Below the pieces are notes generated by a model. It made no database searches. It was not told where the DNA came from and saw nothing but the letters and a program-made list of their open reading frames with translations. From NCBI GenBank assembly GCA_001304315.1, contig LJUW01000004.1:1018-65017 (forward strand): a DNA stretch of 64,000 nt, read 5' to 3'. Made by a program: the position numbers and the translations under genes. Positions 46,228 to 56,383 of this stretch are shown piece by piece. This DNA comes from a candidate division Zixibacteria bacterium SM23_73_2. Lineage in GTDB: Bacteria; Zixibacteria; MSB-5A5; SM23-73-2. Position 1 is the stretch's first letter. The number at the start of each line of letters is the position of its first letter.

Positions 46228-46590
46228 TTATCTGGTTACGTTTTTTATCTCTAATACCTCCTTTCCGAAATCCATTATCATACCTAAATTAAGCTTGGTT
46301 GCTTTCAAAAATCCTCTCATCTTGGACTCATCGGTATCGTTTATCGATTCCCCTGATTTTAACATGACTATAATTGAGTTCTTTACCACAAACTCAAGGG
46401 TATATTCTCCAGCCACACTTCCTTTGTAAGAAAGTTTTATGTTTTTCTTTCTTTCATATTCGATCTTTCTTAAATCTAACTCATAAGCTAAAGCTTGAGT
46501 ATAAGCGGACTCAGGGAAACCCAATCCCATGTTCTTATGAACTTCCAAGGCTGCTTCTACTATCTGATCCTGTAGTTCCTTTATAGTCAT
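46228..46590 (-). CDS. GxxExxY family protein (PD-(D/E)XK-like, TIGR04256-type)
   Basis: 'GLGFPESAY' GxxExxY motif, 'YELDLRKIEYERKK', 'LEFVVKNSIIVMLKS', 'LNLGMIMDFG'. Matches the family consensus along its whole length. Confidence 0.75.
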   Translation of the reverse strand: MTIKELQDQIVEAALEVHKNMGLGFPESAYTQALAYELDLRKIEYERKKNIKLSYKGSVAGEYTLEFVVKNSIIVMLKSGESINDTDESKMRGFLKATKLNLGMIMDFGKEVLEIKNVTR

Positions 46591-46766
46591 AAAGTTTAAA
46601 TTCTATCTTTTTATTCTTGACTGACATAAAGTTAAAAAAGCAATAAATTCCAAAAGCAACTTATGTGCCAATATTCTCATAGCCATATATTATATTTCTA
46701 ATATATTATTAATCAACACATTAGCAAGGAGAGCTGAAACCTTTTGAAAATTAATAGATTATAAAA

Positions 46767-46784
46767 TGAAACATTAATGTTTCA
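46767..46784. promoter_or_regulatory. 18-bp perfect palindrome 'tgaaacattaatgtttca'; first of three 'ACATWAATGT'-type sites
   Basis: Related sites at 46837-46854 ('caacataaatgtaac') and 46858-46873 ('atattaatgttgc'), all upstream of the GxxExxY/K-peptide operon. Confidence 0.4.
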
Positions 46785-46943
46785 CACAAATAACCCTATT
46801 ATATAAAATAACTTGAAAAAAAGCTATTTTTTTGAATGCAACATAAATGTAACAAGAAATATATTAATGTTGCTCTTAGATTTATGAAGGGAAAATCAGA
46901 GCTTTTTTATTAGATTATATGAAGGCTTTTATTAATAGTAAGG

Positions 46944-48746
46944 TCAGCGGTGTTTTTTCAAAAGACGCTGAAGTTCCACCCGGTGCATATTAGCTTCTTT
47001 AGCTGCGCGGGAGATGTTGTTTTTATTTTTCTCTAATATGTTTTTGATAAATTTCTTTTCAACTTCCTCTACGACTTTCTTTCTTAAAGTCTTCAACTCC
47101 TGATAATTTTCTGGAATCTCAATTCCAGAGTCATCTCCAGAATTATTCAGGATATTTTTCGGAAGATCGTCTCTGGTTATCAGAGGATTTTTCGCTAAGA
47201 TAACCGCGCGCTCGATAATATTCTCCAATTCTCTGATATTACCTGGAAAATGATAACGGCTCAAAAGATTTAAAACTTCGTTATCTATTCCCTCGATTTT
47301 CTTCCCCAGTTTTTCCGAGAAATCACGGGCGAAGCTCTCAGCCAAAGGTGCGATATCCAGTCTCCTTTCACGTAAGGGAGGAAGTTTCAGATTAATAACG
47401 TTAATCCGGTAATACAGATCTTCCCTGAACTCCTCTTCCTTTACCCTCGAGAACAGATCTTTATTGGTGGCAGCAATGATCCTTATATCCGATCTTTTAA
47501 CCTTATTGGAGCCCAGGGCTTCGAACTCATGGGATTGCAAAAAGCGAAGAATTTTTACCTGTAAAAGAGAGCTCATCTCACCGATCTCATCCAGAAAAAT
47601 TGTTCCGCCATTGGCAATCTCGAACTTGCCCGGTTTTTTTTGGGTAGCCCCGGTGAAAGCGCCTTTCTCATATCCGAAAAGCTCTGATTCTAAAAGGGTT
47701 TCTGGAATTGCGGCACAGTTGATGGTTACGAATGGTTTCTTAGAACGGCCGGAGTTAAAATGAGTGGCTCTGGCCAAAAGTTCCTTTCCGGTACCTGATT
47801 CTCCCTCGATCAAAACCGTGGCATCGGTATCGGCAACATCCGCTACTGTCTTTAATATCTCCACCATCTGGGAACTGTTGCCTATGATCTCATCGAACTC
47901 GAATTTCTCCCTTAGATCCTCCAGAAGTTTTTCCTGCGAGTGCTTGAGCTCGGAAAGAAGAAGGTTATTCTCCACTGCCTGAGCTATTCTCTCTGCCAAA
48001 GAGATCAAAAGATTTGCATCCTCGGAGGAAAAAATAGAATCGGTATCTGCGTTCTCCAGATATATCGCTCCCAAAACCTGCTCCTTGGATTTGAGCGGAA
48101 CACAGAGAACCGATCTGGTGGAATCGGAAAGCTCATCTTTTTCATCCCCGGATTCCGAATCCAGGATATTAGCCATGCAAATCGAATTGCCAGTGGAGTA
48201 AACATTCTCCATAATCAATGCTTTGATTTTATCATCGAACTCCTCCAGGGTTTTTCTCTCCTTATCCTTGCCGATAGTGAAAATCGGGGAATTCTTTTGA
48301 TTGGATATTTCCAAAAGTGCCTTCTCCGCAGAGAAAAGATCAAGCAAAGAATCCACAACCATATCCAACAGGATATTTATGTCAGTCTCAGAGTATATCG
48401 CAGTTGAAAGCTCATAGAGTATCCGGTAGGTTCTCCTCTCATCCTCGGTCTGCTTGAAATCGGTTTTGAAGCGCTGGTAATCCCTTAAAAGTTTAGCCAG
48501 GTTATCGCTTACCTCGTTCTCCAGATTAGAAAATTTTTTCTCAACCGAATCCAGGCTATTTAGAGATTTATCCAAAAGGCTTTGTGATTTTTTGGATGAA
48601 AGATTGGAGTTTAATACCAAGATCCCCTCGCGAAGGTTCAGAAGATCTTTGTAAATCTTTTTGAGATTTTTTAAGCTTACAGACTTTAAAGAAGAAAGGT
48701 TTTCTTCTAACCTGAAAGTTCTCTGGTCAAATTTTGATTTTTGCAT
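46944..48746 (-). CDS. Sigma-54-dependent Fis-family transcriptional activator with N-terminal GAF domain
   Basis: Coiled-coil then GAF N-terminus. AAA+ '[15 protein letters not shown]', intact 'GAFTGA', 'PGNIRELEN', C-terminal HTH_8. Confidence 0.85.
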   Translation of the reverse strand: MQKSKFDQRTFRLEENLSSLKSVSLKNLKKIYKDLLNLREGILVLNSNLSSKKSQSLLDKSLNSLDSVEKKFSNLENEVSDNLAKLLRDYQRFKTDFKQTEDERRTYRILYELSTAIYSETDINILLDMVVDSLLDLFSAEKALLEISNQKNSPIFTIGKDKERKTLEEFDDKIKALIMENVYSTGNSICMANILDSESGDEKDELSDSTRSVLCVPLKSKEQVLGAIYLENADTDSIFSSEDANLLISLAERIAQAVENNLLLSELKHSQEKLLEDLREKFEFDEIIGNSSQMVEILKTVADVADTDATVLIEGESGTGKELLARATHFNSGRSKKPFVTINCAAIPETLLESELFGYEKGAFTGATQKKPGKFEIANGGTIFLDEIGEMSSLLQVKILRFLQSHEFEALGSNKVKRSDIRIIAATNKDLFSRVKEEEFREDLYYRINVINLKLPPLRERRLDIAPLAESFARDFSEKLGKKIEGIDNEVLNLLSRYHFPGNIRELENIIERAVILAKNPLITRDDLPKNILNNSGDDSGIEIPENYQELKTLRKKVVEEVEKKFIKNILEKNKNNISRAAKEANMHRVELQRLLKKHR

Positions 48747-49007
48747 CTTTTAAAAATAAAAGTTTATTTTCTTTCTTTGTCAACAAGATTTATTACATGC
48801 AAGCAAAAATTCTAATTCAAATCTCAACTAAAAAATATCAAGAATAATCATCTCCTCTATATATTATACTCTTGTTCTGGTAAAAAATCTTTAATTTATA
48901 CAAACTGAAATAAAAATTAAATGACGATCCCCACCTACGGGATGTATCTGATCAGGGTAACTGAAAGGGGAAAGTAAAGATCGGATAACCAACTTGAGTG
49001 ATTAAGT

Positions 49008-49628
49008 TTATTTAAAAAACATCTCTTTTATTCCATCGAAAACGAACTGAACTGATAGAGCTAGAAGGATAAGCCCCATTATCCTGACCAACACGTTCAA
49101 TCCGGTCTCCCCCAATTTACTGAAAAGCAATCCTGAGCTTTTTAATATAAAATAACATACCAGACAGGTAAAAAGGATGGAGGCGATAACGATTGCTGAC
49201 TGGCATAGCGAATTTGCTTTCTCCATAAGAACCAAAACCGTTGCGATACTGGCAGGTCCGCTCAGCATAGGCATGGCCAGAGGAACGATGGCTACATCTT
49301 CTTTTTCCGCTGCTGCTTTCTCTTCTCCGGTAGTTATATGACTCCCCGGTTTTTTAGCATAAAGCATATCCAAAGCTATCTTTAAAAGCAGAATCCCTCC
49401 GGCAACCCTAAAAGCAGCGAAGGTAATGCCAAAGATTTTAAATATTACCGCACCCAGAAGAGCAAAGAGTATTAAAATCAAAGAAGCAGCCCAACAAGCT
49501 CTTTTTATAATTCTTTCTTTTCTCTTTTGGGTATATCCCTCTGTGGTTACCAACACCACCGGTATGGCTCCCAAGGGGTCCATGACCACAAAAACTGCTG
49601 CGAGTGAACTTATAATGAATTCAAGCAT
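49008..49628 (-). CDS. MarC-family (UPF0056) integral membrane protein
   Basis: 6 TM helices and an 'MDPLGAIPV' N-terminal motif. Confidence 0.7.
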   Translation of the reverse strand: MLEFIISSLAAVFVVMDPLGAIPVVLVTTEGYTQKRKERIIKRACWAASLILILFALLGAVIFKIFGITFAAFRVAGGILLLKIALDMLYAKKPGSHITTGEEKAAAEKEDVAIVPLAMPMLSGPASIATVLVLMEKANSLCQSAIVIASILFTCLVCYFILKSSGLLFSKLGETGLNVLVRIMGLILLALSVQFVFDGIKEMFFK

Positions 49629-49728
49629 GGTATATTCAAATCACAAAATCCTGTTATAAAAAAGTAACAATCATTATTTAAACTTTATCAGTTTATAAAT
49701 TGTTTGTCATTTGAGGAAGGTGGATTTT

Positions 49729-50430
49729 TCATTCTTCATCAAAACTCTCATAAACAATGAATTCCTCCAAATATTTTTTCTCAGGCATGGGGGGCCACTC
49801 CAAAGGAATCCCCAGAGGTGTTGCGCATATGAATTTAAGGTTTTCAGGTGCATTCAAAAAAGATTTCACCACCCCCCCCTCAAAATAGGTGGTGAAAAAG
49901 CCTGTTCCATAGCCCATTGACCTGGCAGCCAGCATCAGGTTCTCAACAGCCAGACATCCGTCATATAAAGCATATTGTGGGTAAACCGAGGTATCCACCA
50001 AAACTATAATATAAACCGGTGCGGTCATCGCCTTTTGAATAGCTTCTTTTCCACCAGTGACATACAGATTTCTTTTTTCCTCTTCCAGTTCTGGATGAGT
50101 TTTTATTTTCTGTTCCCATGAGGTTTGAAGCAACTCCGATAGGGACTCAAGCCGTGATCTTTTCTGAATCACCACGAATTTCCAGGGCTGAACGTTACCC
50201 GCAGTAGGTGCATACCGGGCTGCATCCAAAATCTTGATAATGTGTTCTTGGGGAACAGAAGTTCCTTGAAATTCCCTTACCGTCCTCCGGGTACCAATCA
50301 CCTCAAAAACCGCCTTGACCTTCAGGCTATTAGATTCTGCCTCATCACTATCCAAAGAGCAACTCTCCAATAGAAGTAAAAGAAACAGATTCAGGATAAT
50401 TAATATCCCAATATAACTTTTTACACTCAT
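49729..50430 (-). CDS. Nitroreductase-family flavoprotein, secreted/lipoprotein form
   Basis: 'RRTVREF', 'AARYAPTAGNVQPWKFVVI' and a C-terminal 'GYGTGF'. Signal peptide with 'LESCS'. Confidence 0.7.
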   Translation of the reverse strand: MSVKSYIGILIILNLFLLLLLESCSLDSDEAESNSLKVKAVFEVIGTRRTVREFQGTSVPQEHIIKILDAARYAPTAGNVQPWKFVVIQKRSRLESLSELLQTSWEQKIKTHPELEEEKRNLYVTGGKEAIQKAMTAPVYIIVLVDTSVYPQYALYDGCLAVENLMLAARSMGYGTGFFTTYFEGGVVKSFLNAPENLKFICATPLGIPLEWPPMPEKKYLEEFIVYESFDEE

Positions 50431-50881
50431 GATTTATCTCCTTTTTCAATATTGTAAACAACTACAAAAAATCCCCTGAATAAAACCACAACTATCTAAA
50501 AAAATATAAGGGTCGTAAAATATTTTATCAAGATAAAAGTTAGGTGCAGATAAAAAGCCAAGGGATCGGGGTAGATAATCATCTACCTTTCTATAATATC
50601 GAGAAAAATCATTCTGATAAATGCTTTAAATTAGAATTACCAGAACCTTAGTCTTCAATAATTATGCTCAAATATTGAACATCAACTTTTAGCCCCTTGT
50701 GCCGATAGTTATGACAAGTTAGAGGAATCACAGCAAGATTAGGACACCAAGTTTCAAGTTTAAAGTAACATAATCCATGGTAAGAGGAGGTGTCTTATAT
50801 TTTACTTGAACCAGAAAAACAAAAAACCTTCTCTAAAAACAATATCAAAACCTTAAAATCAATGGAAGGAGGTGAAGGAGA

Positions 50882-51397
50882 GTGAAGACTACCAGGAAAC
50901 TGTTCAGCAACCGGGCAGGTTTTACTCTGGTTGAGCTGGCTATCGGTCTGGTGATCATCGGTCTTCTGATCGGGGCTATCCTGGGTGGTGCCCAGATGAT
51001 CAAGAACGCCAAAATCAAAAGGCAGATAGCGGACCTGCGAGGTTTATACGGAGCGGTCTATACCTACTTCGATAGATTCCTGCAGCTTCCCGGGGACAGC
51101 GATGCTGATGGTTATTTCGATAGCGATTCCCTGGTTTGGAATGAAGTTGAGGCTGAGGAATTAGCTTACGAGACCAAGAGGAGCCCGTTCGGAGCCAAGT
51201 ACTATTTTGGTGCCGACACGGCAGCCACCCCAACCGCTCACAGGAACGGCAATTTTATCAGGGTGAGCCTTCCCCCGGACGTGTGCGAGAACGTGGACAA
51301 GCAGCTGGACGACGGAATAGACAGCACCGGCTTTGTAGTATCAAGTTCACAGTATATCGGTACTGCAAAGATCAATCTTTACTACTTCGTCGATTAA
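50882..51397 (+). CDS. Type IV pilin / pseudopilin (prepilin-type N-terminal methylation domain)
   Basis: GTG start after 'GGAGGTGAAGGAG'. 'NRAGFTLVELAIGLVIIGLL' class III signal, with G-1/F+1/E+5. Confidence 0.7.
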   Translation: MKTTRKLFSNRAGFTLVELAIGLVIIGLLIGAILGGAQMIKNAKIKRQIADLRGLYGAVYTYFDRFLQLPGDSDADGYFDSDSLVWNEVEAEELAYETKRSPFGAKYYFGADTAATPTAHRNGNFIRVSLPPDVCENVDKQLDDGIDSTGFVVSSSQYIGTAKINLYYFVD

Positions 51398-51413
51398 GGG
51401 GTCATTATTGTCA

Positions 51414-51459
51414 ATTCGAAAAGGGGCATCGCCATCCATGCGGTGTCCCCTGCTCGAAT
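51414..51459 (+). other. Long stem-loop between the two pilin genes (possible attenuator/processing site)
   Basis: Arms 'attcgaaaagggg' and 'cccctgctcgaat' enclose the inner hairpin 'ggggca...tgtcccc'. No immediate U-tract, so this is not a canonical terminator. Confidence 0.3.
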
Positions 51460-51496
51460 TCTGCGAAAAAACTTTATTATATTTTTAGAAAACTAA

Positions 51497-52348
51497 ATGA
51501 ACTTTTCATTTTGCAGAATAGCTTACGGTCACCCTTATAGAGGGTTTACCCTTCTGGAGTTAGCCATAACCATGGCTATTCTGGGGATAATAACCATCTC
51601 CGCGGTGAGTCTCTATGCTGTTGTTGTCAAACAGCAGAGGGCAACCAAAACCAAAGAGGAAATGAAAAGCATAAAAGAGGCGATACTGGGTTACTATCAG
51701 AACGATCTGGTTTTGCCCTCCCCTGATTCCGGATACAAAGTTCCCTTAGATGAGCTCAACCTTCCTACCTCTGCCCAAACGGATGAGATCTATACCGGCA
51801 AATATTATGCCTATATTGCAACCAACAACGGTTCCCCTTTCTCCGAGCTGAAAGTCGATGGGCAGTCCATAGGGAACACCTCCATGGTTTTGATATCCAG
51901 GGGAACCAATCTAATTTTCGAGGAGGAAAACACAGATATGGACGATGGAGAATATACTCAGACAAGCTCCTCGGTGGATTTCGATGATATTCTTGTTTAC
52001 TTTTCAGCCAATGAACTGGAAGCTTCAATCTCCTGGAGAAGAGAGATAGAGGAGGAGGAAGCTATTTTAAACGAGGCTGCTCAAATATTGGCTGAGAACG
52101 ACGACGATGGGGACGGATATGTGGATGAGGATTCCACCGATCCTTCGGGTAACTCGGACAGCTTTACCGATTGGACCCTGGTAAGCGGTGTGGAATCGTT
52201 AACTAATGCAGGACTAATATCCAATCCGGATCATTTGGTGGACTCCTGGGGCACTGAATATATCTGGGATTCGGTTAATTATAGATTTTACTCCGCAGGT
52301 CCCAACAGGACCGATGAGGGCTGCGGGGGCGATGATATATGTTCTTAA
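51497..52348 (+). CDS. Prepilin-type N-terminal domain protein (minor pilin-like) with acidic C-terminal region
   Basis: 'YRGFTLLELAITMAILGII' class III signal after a 16-aa leader. D/E-rich 'ENDDDGDGYVDED' segment. Confidence 0.6.
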   Translation: MNFSFCRIAYGHPYRGFTLLELAITMAILGIITISAVSLYAVVVKQQRATKTKEEMKSIKEAILGYYQNDLVLPSPDSGYKVPLDELNLPTSAQTDEIYTGKYYAYIATNNGSPFSELKVDGQSIGNTSMVLISRGTNLIFEEENTDMDDGEYTQTSSSVDFDDILVYFSANELEASISWRREIEEEEAILNEAAQILAENDDDGDGYVDEDSTDPSGNSDSFTDWTLVSGVESLTNAGLISNPDHLVDSWGTEYIWDSVNYRFYSAGPNRTDEGCGGDDICS

Positions 52349-52364
52349 AGGGAGAGAATTCAAA

Positions 52365-53720
52365 ATGCTTCTTTGCATAGATTTTTCAGGTGAGAAAGCC
52401 AAGATAACAACGACGAAGAAGATAAAAGGAGAACTCAGCTTGGTGAAATCACTTGAAATTAACACCTCCGATCTGGGGGAATACCTTGAGAGTAATTCTA
52501 AACAGATCAAGGAGATAAGGGTTTCAGGACCTCTGGAAAACACCTTTCACAAAACCTTCATCCTCCCTGATATGAAAAGCAATATGCTCAAAGGAGCTGT
52601 GGAAAATGAGGTGATAAAAGAATTCGGAAATGACTATCTATTTGAACAATTGGATTTAGGGGAAATGACAGTCTCCGGAGCTAAACCAAACCGAAGGATA
52701 ATGACCGCAGGAATTGAAAGAAAGGCCCTGGAGCAGCTCTCGGATACTTTTGCAGATTCTAAGATCAAACCCAACATCTTTACCACCCATCCTGCGGCTT
52801 TACAGGTATTGCTTGAGAAATTAGGGCTTTCAGATGATAAACCTCAGGGCTTTGTGGAAATAGCCCATCCCAGAAGCCGGATCGTTGTCTTCAAAGGAAA
52901 AGAAATACAGTTGACCAGGGAACTTCCCTTAGCTGAAAAAGAGAAAGATCCTGAGAGTTCAGCTCTGGCAAAAGATATCTATAGGACTCTGCTTTTCTAC
53001 GGTGAGAGTTACCCTAACCAGAAAGTAACTAGATTGGTGATCTCCGGGAACTCTTGCACCACAGAAATTGTTGAGAACTTAAGGCAGAAGGCTGGTGTCG
53101 AAATTATCCTTTTCTCACCTGAAACCATTATAAAAGACATAGAAGATAACTCTCAAATTCATCCGGGGTGTTTAGGCCTGGCTCTCCTTGACCCGGGGAG
53201 CTTCCATTTTGGTTTTGTACCCTTCTCGGTTCAGGAGAAGAAAAAATTCACAAAGATGGTAACCCTTCTCTCCTCCGCTTTTTTTGGTATTCTCTTAATC
53301 GTAGTTTTAGTAATTTTCAGGTTCTCCTTAAATCTAAAGGATTTAGATGCCTACCAGGGAGGGATAAAGGGGGAGATTAAAATGAAAGAGGACAGGATGA
53401 AGGAGTTGTCCTTAGAGCTTGTCTCTCATTCCATCGAGACCTCCCAGCCCCACTGGTCTGAAATTCTTCTGGAACTAGCTGCGGCTGTGCCAACGGGAAT
53501 CTCCCTTGAAAGCATGACCATGAGAAAATCGAAAAAGGGATGGAGGGGTGAACTATACGGAGCTGCCAAGGGACCCGATGAGATCACCTCCCTGGTTTTG
53601 GTGGAGGGAATACAGGATAATTTTAATCAATCACCTCTTTTTACTCAAGTTAAGGTGACCGAGAAAAAATTGGAAGGTAAAAGAATAACCTTTAAGATAA
53701 CATATCAACTCAAGGGATAA
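52365..53720 (+). CDS. PilM-like actin-fold domain fused to PilN-like TM/periplasmic domain (MshI-like)
   Basis: Start at the ATG 52365 with RBS 'AAGGGAGAG'. N-terminal ~300 aa PilM/GspL-like, TM 'VTLLSSAFFGILLIVVLVIF', C-terminal PilN-like coiled coil. Confidence 0.5.
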   Translation: MLLCIDFSGEKAKITTTKKIKGELSLVKSLEINTSDLGEYLESNSKQIKEIRVSGPLENTFHKTFILPDMKSNMLKGAVENEVIKEFGNDYLFEQLDLGEMTVSGAKPNRRIMTAGIERKALEQLSDTFADSKIKPNIFTTHPAALQVLLEKLGLSDDKPQGFVEIAHPRSRIVVFKGKEIQLTRELPLAEKEKDPESSALAKDIYRTLLFYGESYPNQKVTRLVISGNSCTTEIVENLRQKAGVEIILFSPETIIKDIEDNSQIHPGCLGLALLDPGSFHFGFVPFSVQEKKKFTKMVTLLSSAFFGILLIVVLVIFRFSLNLKDLDAYQGGIKGEIKMKEDRMKELSLELVSHSIETSQPHWSEILLELAAAVPTGISLESMTMRKSKKGWRGELYGAAKGPDEITSLVLVEGIQDNFNQSPLFTQVKVTEKKLEGKRITFKITYQLKG

Positions 53721-53721
53721 G

Positions 53722-54258
53722 ATGGGAAAAGTAAAGGGGATAATCGCTGTTTTTGCAATTCTTTTGGTTTTGCTCTTTTTCTTTGGAATCAAAAATATAA
53801 AATCTTTACAGGGGCAGATCGGGGGACAGAAGGAAAACATATCAGAGTTGGATCAGCGTTTGGAGAAGATCAGGAATCTGGAGGAATCATTGGAACTGAG
53901 AAGATTAACAGGTAAAGTGCTGCCCCAGATTCCACGAGTGGAGGATCCTATTGCTAACAAAATCCTGATAGAGAAGTTTTTTAAATCCTTTCTCACCCGA
54001 TTAGGGCTCGAAGCTGAGGTTAAAGTGGAAAATGAGCGCAAGAGCAGGGATTTCCCCGATGTGGTCGAAGTAAATGAAGTGCCAATTAAAATAGGCATAA
54101 CAAGTTACTCCTCCTACAAACAGGTGATGAATTTGCTGGAGGAGTTCCGAAAGTTCCCCTTGTCCATAGAGATATTAACCATCGGCGGAACCGATGTTGC
54201 TGTACCTGGGGTTTTGAGGTTACAGCTGAAATATTATGTCGTCCCGGGAGGAGCTTAG
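53722..54258 (+). CDS. PilO/GspM-like inner-membrane pilus assembly protein (MshJ-like)
   Basis: N-terminal TM, coiled coil 'ELDQRLEKIRNLEE', about 100-aa periplasmic domain. Position in the cluster supports the call. Confidence 0.4.
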   Translation: MGKVKGIIAVFAILLVLLFFFGIKNIKSLQGQIGGQKENISELDQRLEKIRNLEESLELRRLTGKVLPQIPRVEDPIANKILIEKFFKSFLTRLGLEAEVKVENERKSRDFPDVVEVNEVPIKIGITSYSSYKQVMNLLEEFRKFPLSIEILTIGGTDVAVPGVLRLQLKYYVVPGGA

Positions 54259-54259
54259 A

Positions 54260-54916
54260 ATGTCATTTTCTGAAAGTCTGAGATCAAAAAAGATCAAATT
54301 CGGATTAGGGGCAATAGGAGCGCTTTTTTTAGGGTTCTTTATGCTTAAGTTTATGACCTCAGGCGGAGGCGAGGTAACTGAGAAAATATCCCAACGAACC
54401 TCCAATCCCCGTAAAACCATCTCCCAACCCAAAAAAGAAGAACCGACCAAATCTCCTTTGTTCCAGGCTTTAAAAGATCTGCAGGACCCTTTTCGAGGGG
54501 AAAGTCCCGAGATGATGGAGTTGCAGAACAAAATCAAAAAAACTCAAAAAGAGATTGAATTCTTGAAAGTCTCTTTGGAGGCAAAAAAACTTAAAGAGGA
54601 GCTAAAAAAGCTGGGAGGGGAAACCATCTTAAAGGAGATAGAAAAAAAAGAAGGGAAATCCACATCCGGAATTTCAAAGATGCCAAAAACAAAATCCTCG
54701 GACAATGTATTGGTTAAAGCAATTATGATAACCGATGAGAAAAAAAACGCCCTTTTGATCTCCGGTGGGAAAAGAAGCTGGGTTTGCGAGGGGGAGGAAT
54801 TCGATGGATGGAGGGTAAAACAGATAAAAAATGACAGCGTGGTTTTGTCGAAAGCAGGCAAAACCTATGTGTTCTTTTACGACCGGTCCAGTTTTTTTAA
54901 GGAAGGAAAATCATGA
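54260..54916 (+). CDS. PilP-like pilus assembly protein (MshK-like)
   Basis: ATG 54260 with RBS 'GGGAGGAG'. TM anchor, low-complexity linker, C-terminal beta domain '...FDGWRVKQIKNDSVVLSKAGKTYVF'. Confidence 0.4.
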   Translation: MSFSESLRSKKIKFGLGAIGALFLGFFMLKFMTSGGGEVTEKISQRTSNPRKTISQPKKEEPTKSPLFQALKDLQDPFRGESPEMMELQNKIKKTQKEIEFLKVSLEAKKLKEELKKLGGETILKEIEKKEGKSTSGISKMPKTKSSDNVLVKAIMITDEKKNALLISGGKRSWVCEGEEFDGWRVKQIKNDSVVLSKAGKTYVFFYDRSSFFKEGKS

Positions 54917-56382
54917 GAGGATATAGTTTTCAAAAAGCCACCATTGGAATGATTTTCGTTTTCATCTTCTTCTGCGGTTGTGCTTCCAAAATCTCCAGGT
55001 ACAATGTGGGCGATGCGATCTCGGAGACCAAGGGTGATATCCAGACGCCACCACCCATCCCCCCGGATTTGAGCCTATCTCCACTTTTAGACACAGAATC
55101 TGAAAAAGAAAAGCTTTTTTCATTTTCAGCCAAAGGAATAGCTTTAGAGGATGTGCTTTATCCCCTATCAAAGGAAGCAGGATTTAATATCATATGGGAC
55201 AAAGAAGTAAATCCCCGGGATAGGGTGAGCGTAACTTTTGAAGATCTGACACTCGCCGAGGCACTGGATGCTATATTTGCTCCCACTGAATACCTCCATT
55301 CCATCAACAGCCCCACCCTCCGGATAAAACTCATAGATACTAAAATCTTTGAGCTTGGATATATTCCCAATAAGATAAACACCATGATTCAGGTAGGGGG
55401 GAACGTACTGGGCAGTATTGAGAATGCAGGAGGGGTAACCGGTCAATTCCAGATTACCGGAAACACCGATCAGGAAGCGATGGATCTCTGGAAGCAGGTG
55501 GAGGAAGGATTAACAAAAATAATCTCTTCTGAGGGAAAGTATATCATAAACAAACTTGCCGGAATAATCACAATTACGGATCGAAAGAAAAACCTTAAAA
55601 TGGCTGAGGAGTTTATCCAGGAGCTAAGAAAAAGCTTAGGTAGGCAGGTCTTGATCGAAGCCGAGGTGATCGAGGTAACATTGGAACAGAAACAATCCTA
55701 TGGTATCGATTGGTCAGCTGTGCATTCCTTTTTAATGGATCATAAAACAACGGAAATAGAAGCCTCTCAAGCTTTAGCTTTAACCGGTTCTGTCTTTGAG
55801 TTCAAAGCCTCTCGAAGCGATGCCTCCCTGATTGTCAACGCTTTAGGAAAATACGGGGAGGTCAATGTTATATCCAAGCCGAGAGTCAATGTGATGAACG
55901 GACAAACCGCGGTGATAAACGTTGGACGAGTTGAAAGTTACTGGGAGATAACCGGGCTTCCTGGAGGTTTAGAGATCGGTCAGCCGGTTTTGATCCCGGA
56001 GCAAAAGACAGTGCTTTTGGGGCTGATGATGGGAGTAACCCCTTATATATCATCGGACGATTTCGTCACCCTGCAGGTGGTTCCGATTGTAACCGACATC
56101 GGCACCTGGGCAGAATTTCAATTTCAGGATCAAACCCTAAAAGCACCCAATGTGGATATACGCGAGGCAAGCACTCAGGTGGGGATAAAAAACGGTGAAA
56201 CCATAGTAATCGGGGGCTTGATCACCTCCAAGAAATCCAAGTCCGAGCACAAGATCCCCATCTTAGGAGATATCCCTATTTTAAGCTATCTTTTCAAACG
56301 CAAGGAGAAAATAGAACAAAGGGCTGAGCTGGTGATATTTTTAACCCCCAGGATAACCACTTTTGACAAAAAGGAAGGTTAA
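54913..56382 (+). CDS. Type II/IV secretion secretin (PilQ/GspD/MshL family)
   Basis: Lipoprotein-like N-terminus 'FFCGCAS'. Secretin domain 'VISKPRVNVMNGQTAVINVG' and 'IPILGDIPILSYLFKRKEK'. Confidence 0.8.
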   Translation: MRGYSFQKATIGMIFVFIFFCGCASKISRYNVGDAISETKGDIQTPPPIPPDLSLSPLLDTESEKEKLFSFSAKGIALEDVLYPLSKEAGFNIIWDKEVNPRDRVSVTFEDLTLAEALDAIFAPTEYLHSINSPTLRIKLIDTKIFELGYIPNKINTMIQVGGNVLGSIENAGGVTGQFQITGNTDQEAMDLWKQVEEGLTKIISSEGKYIINKLAGIITITDRKKNLKMAEEFIQELRKSLGRQVLIEAEVIEVTLEQKQSYGIDWSAVHSFLMDHKTTEIEASQALALTGSVFEFKASRSDASLIVNALGKYGEVNVISKPRVNVMNGQTAVINVGRVESYWEITGLPGGLEIGQPVLIPEQKTVLLGLMMGVTPYISSDDFVTLQVVPIVTDIGTWAEFQFQDQTLKAPNVDIREASTQVGIKNGETIVIGGLITSKKSKSEHKIPILGDIPILSYLFKRKEKIEQRAELVIFLTPRITTFDKKEG

Positions 56383-56383
56383 A

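Noticed and set aside
46091-46429. 112-aa plus-strand ORF rich in 'FFL(A/V)' repeats
   Set aside because: It is the mirror image of the lysine-codon repeat (AAG AAG AAG) on the minus strand and overlaps the well-supported GxxExxY gene on the opposite strand. It has no RBS and is a composition artefact.
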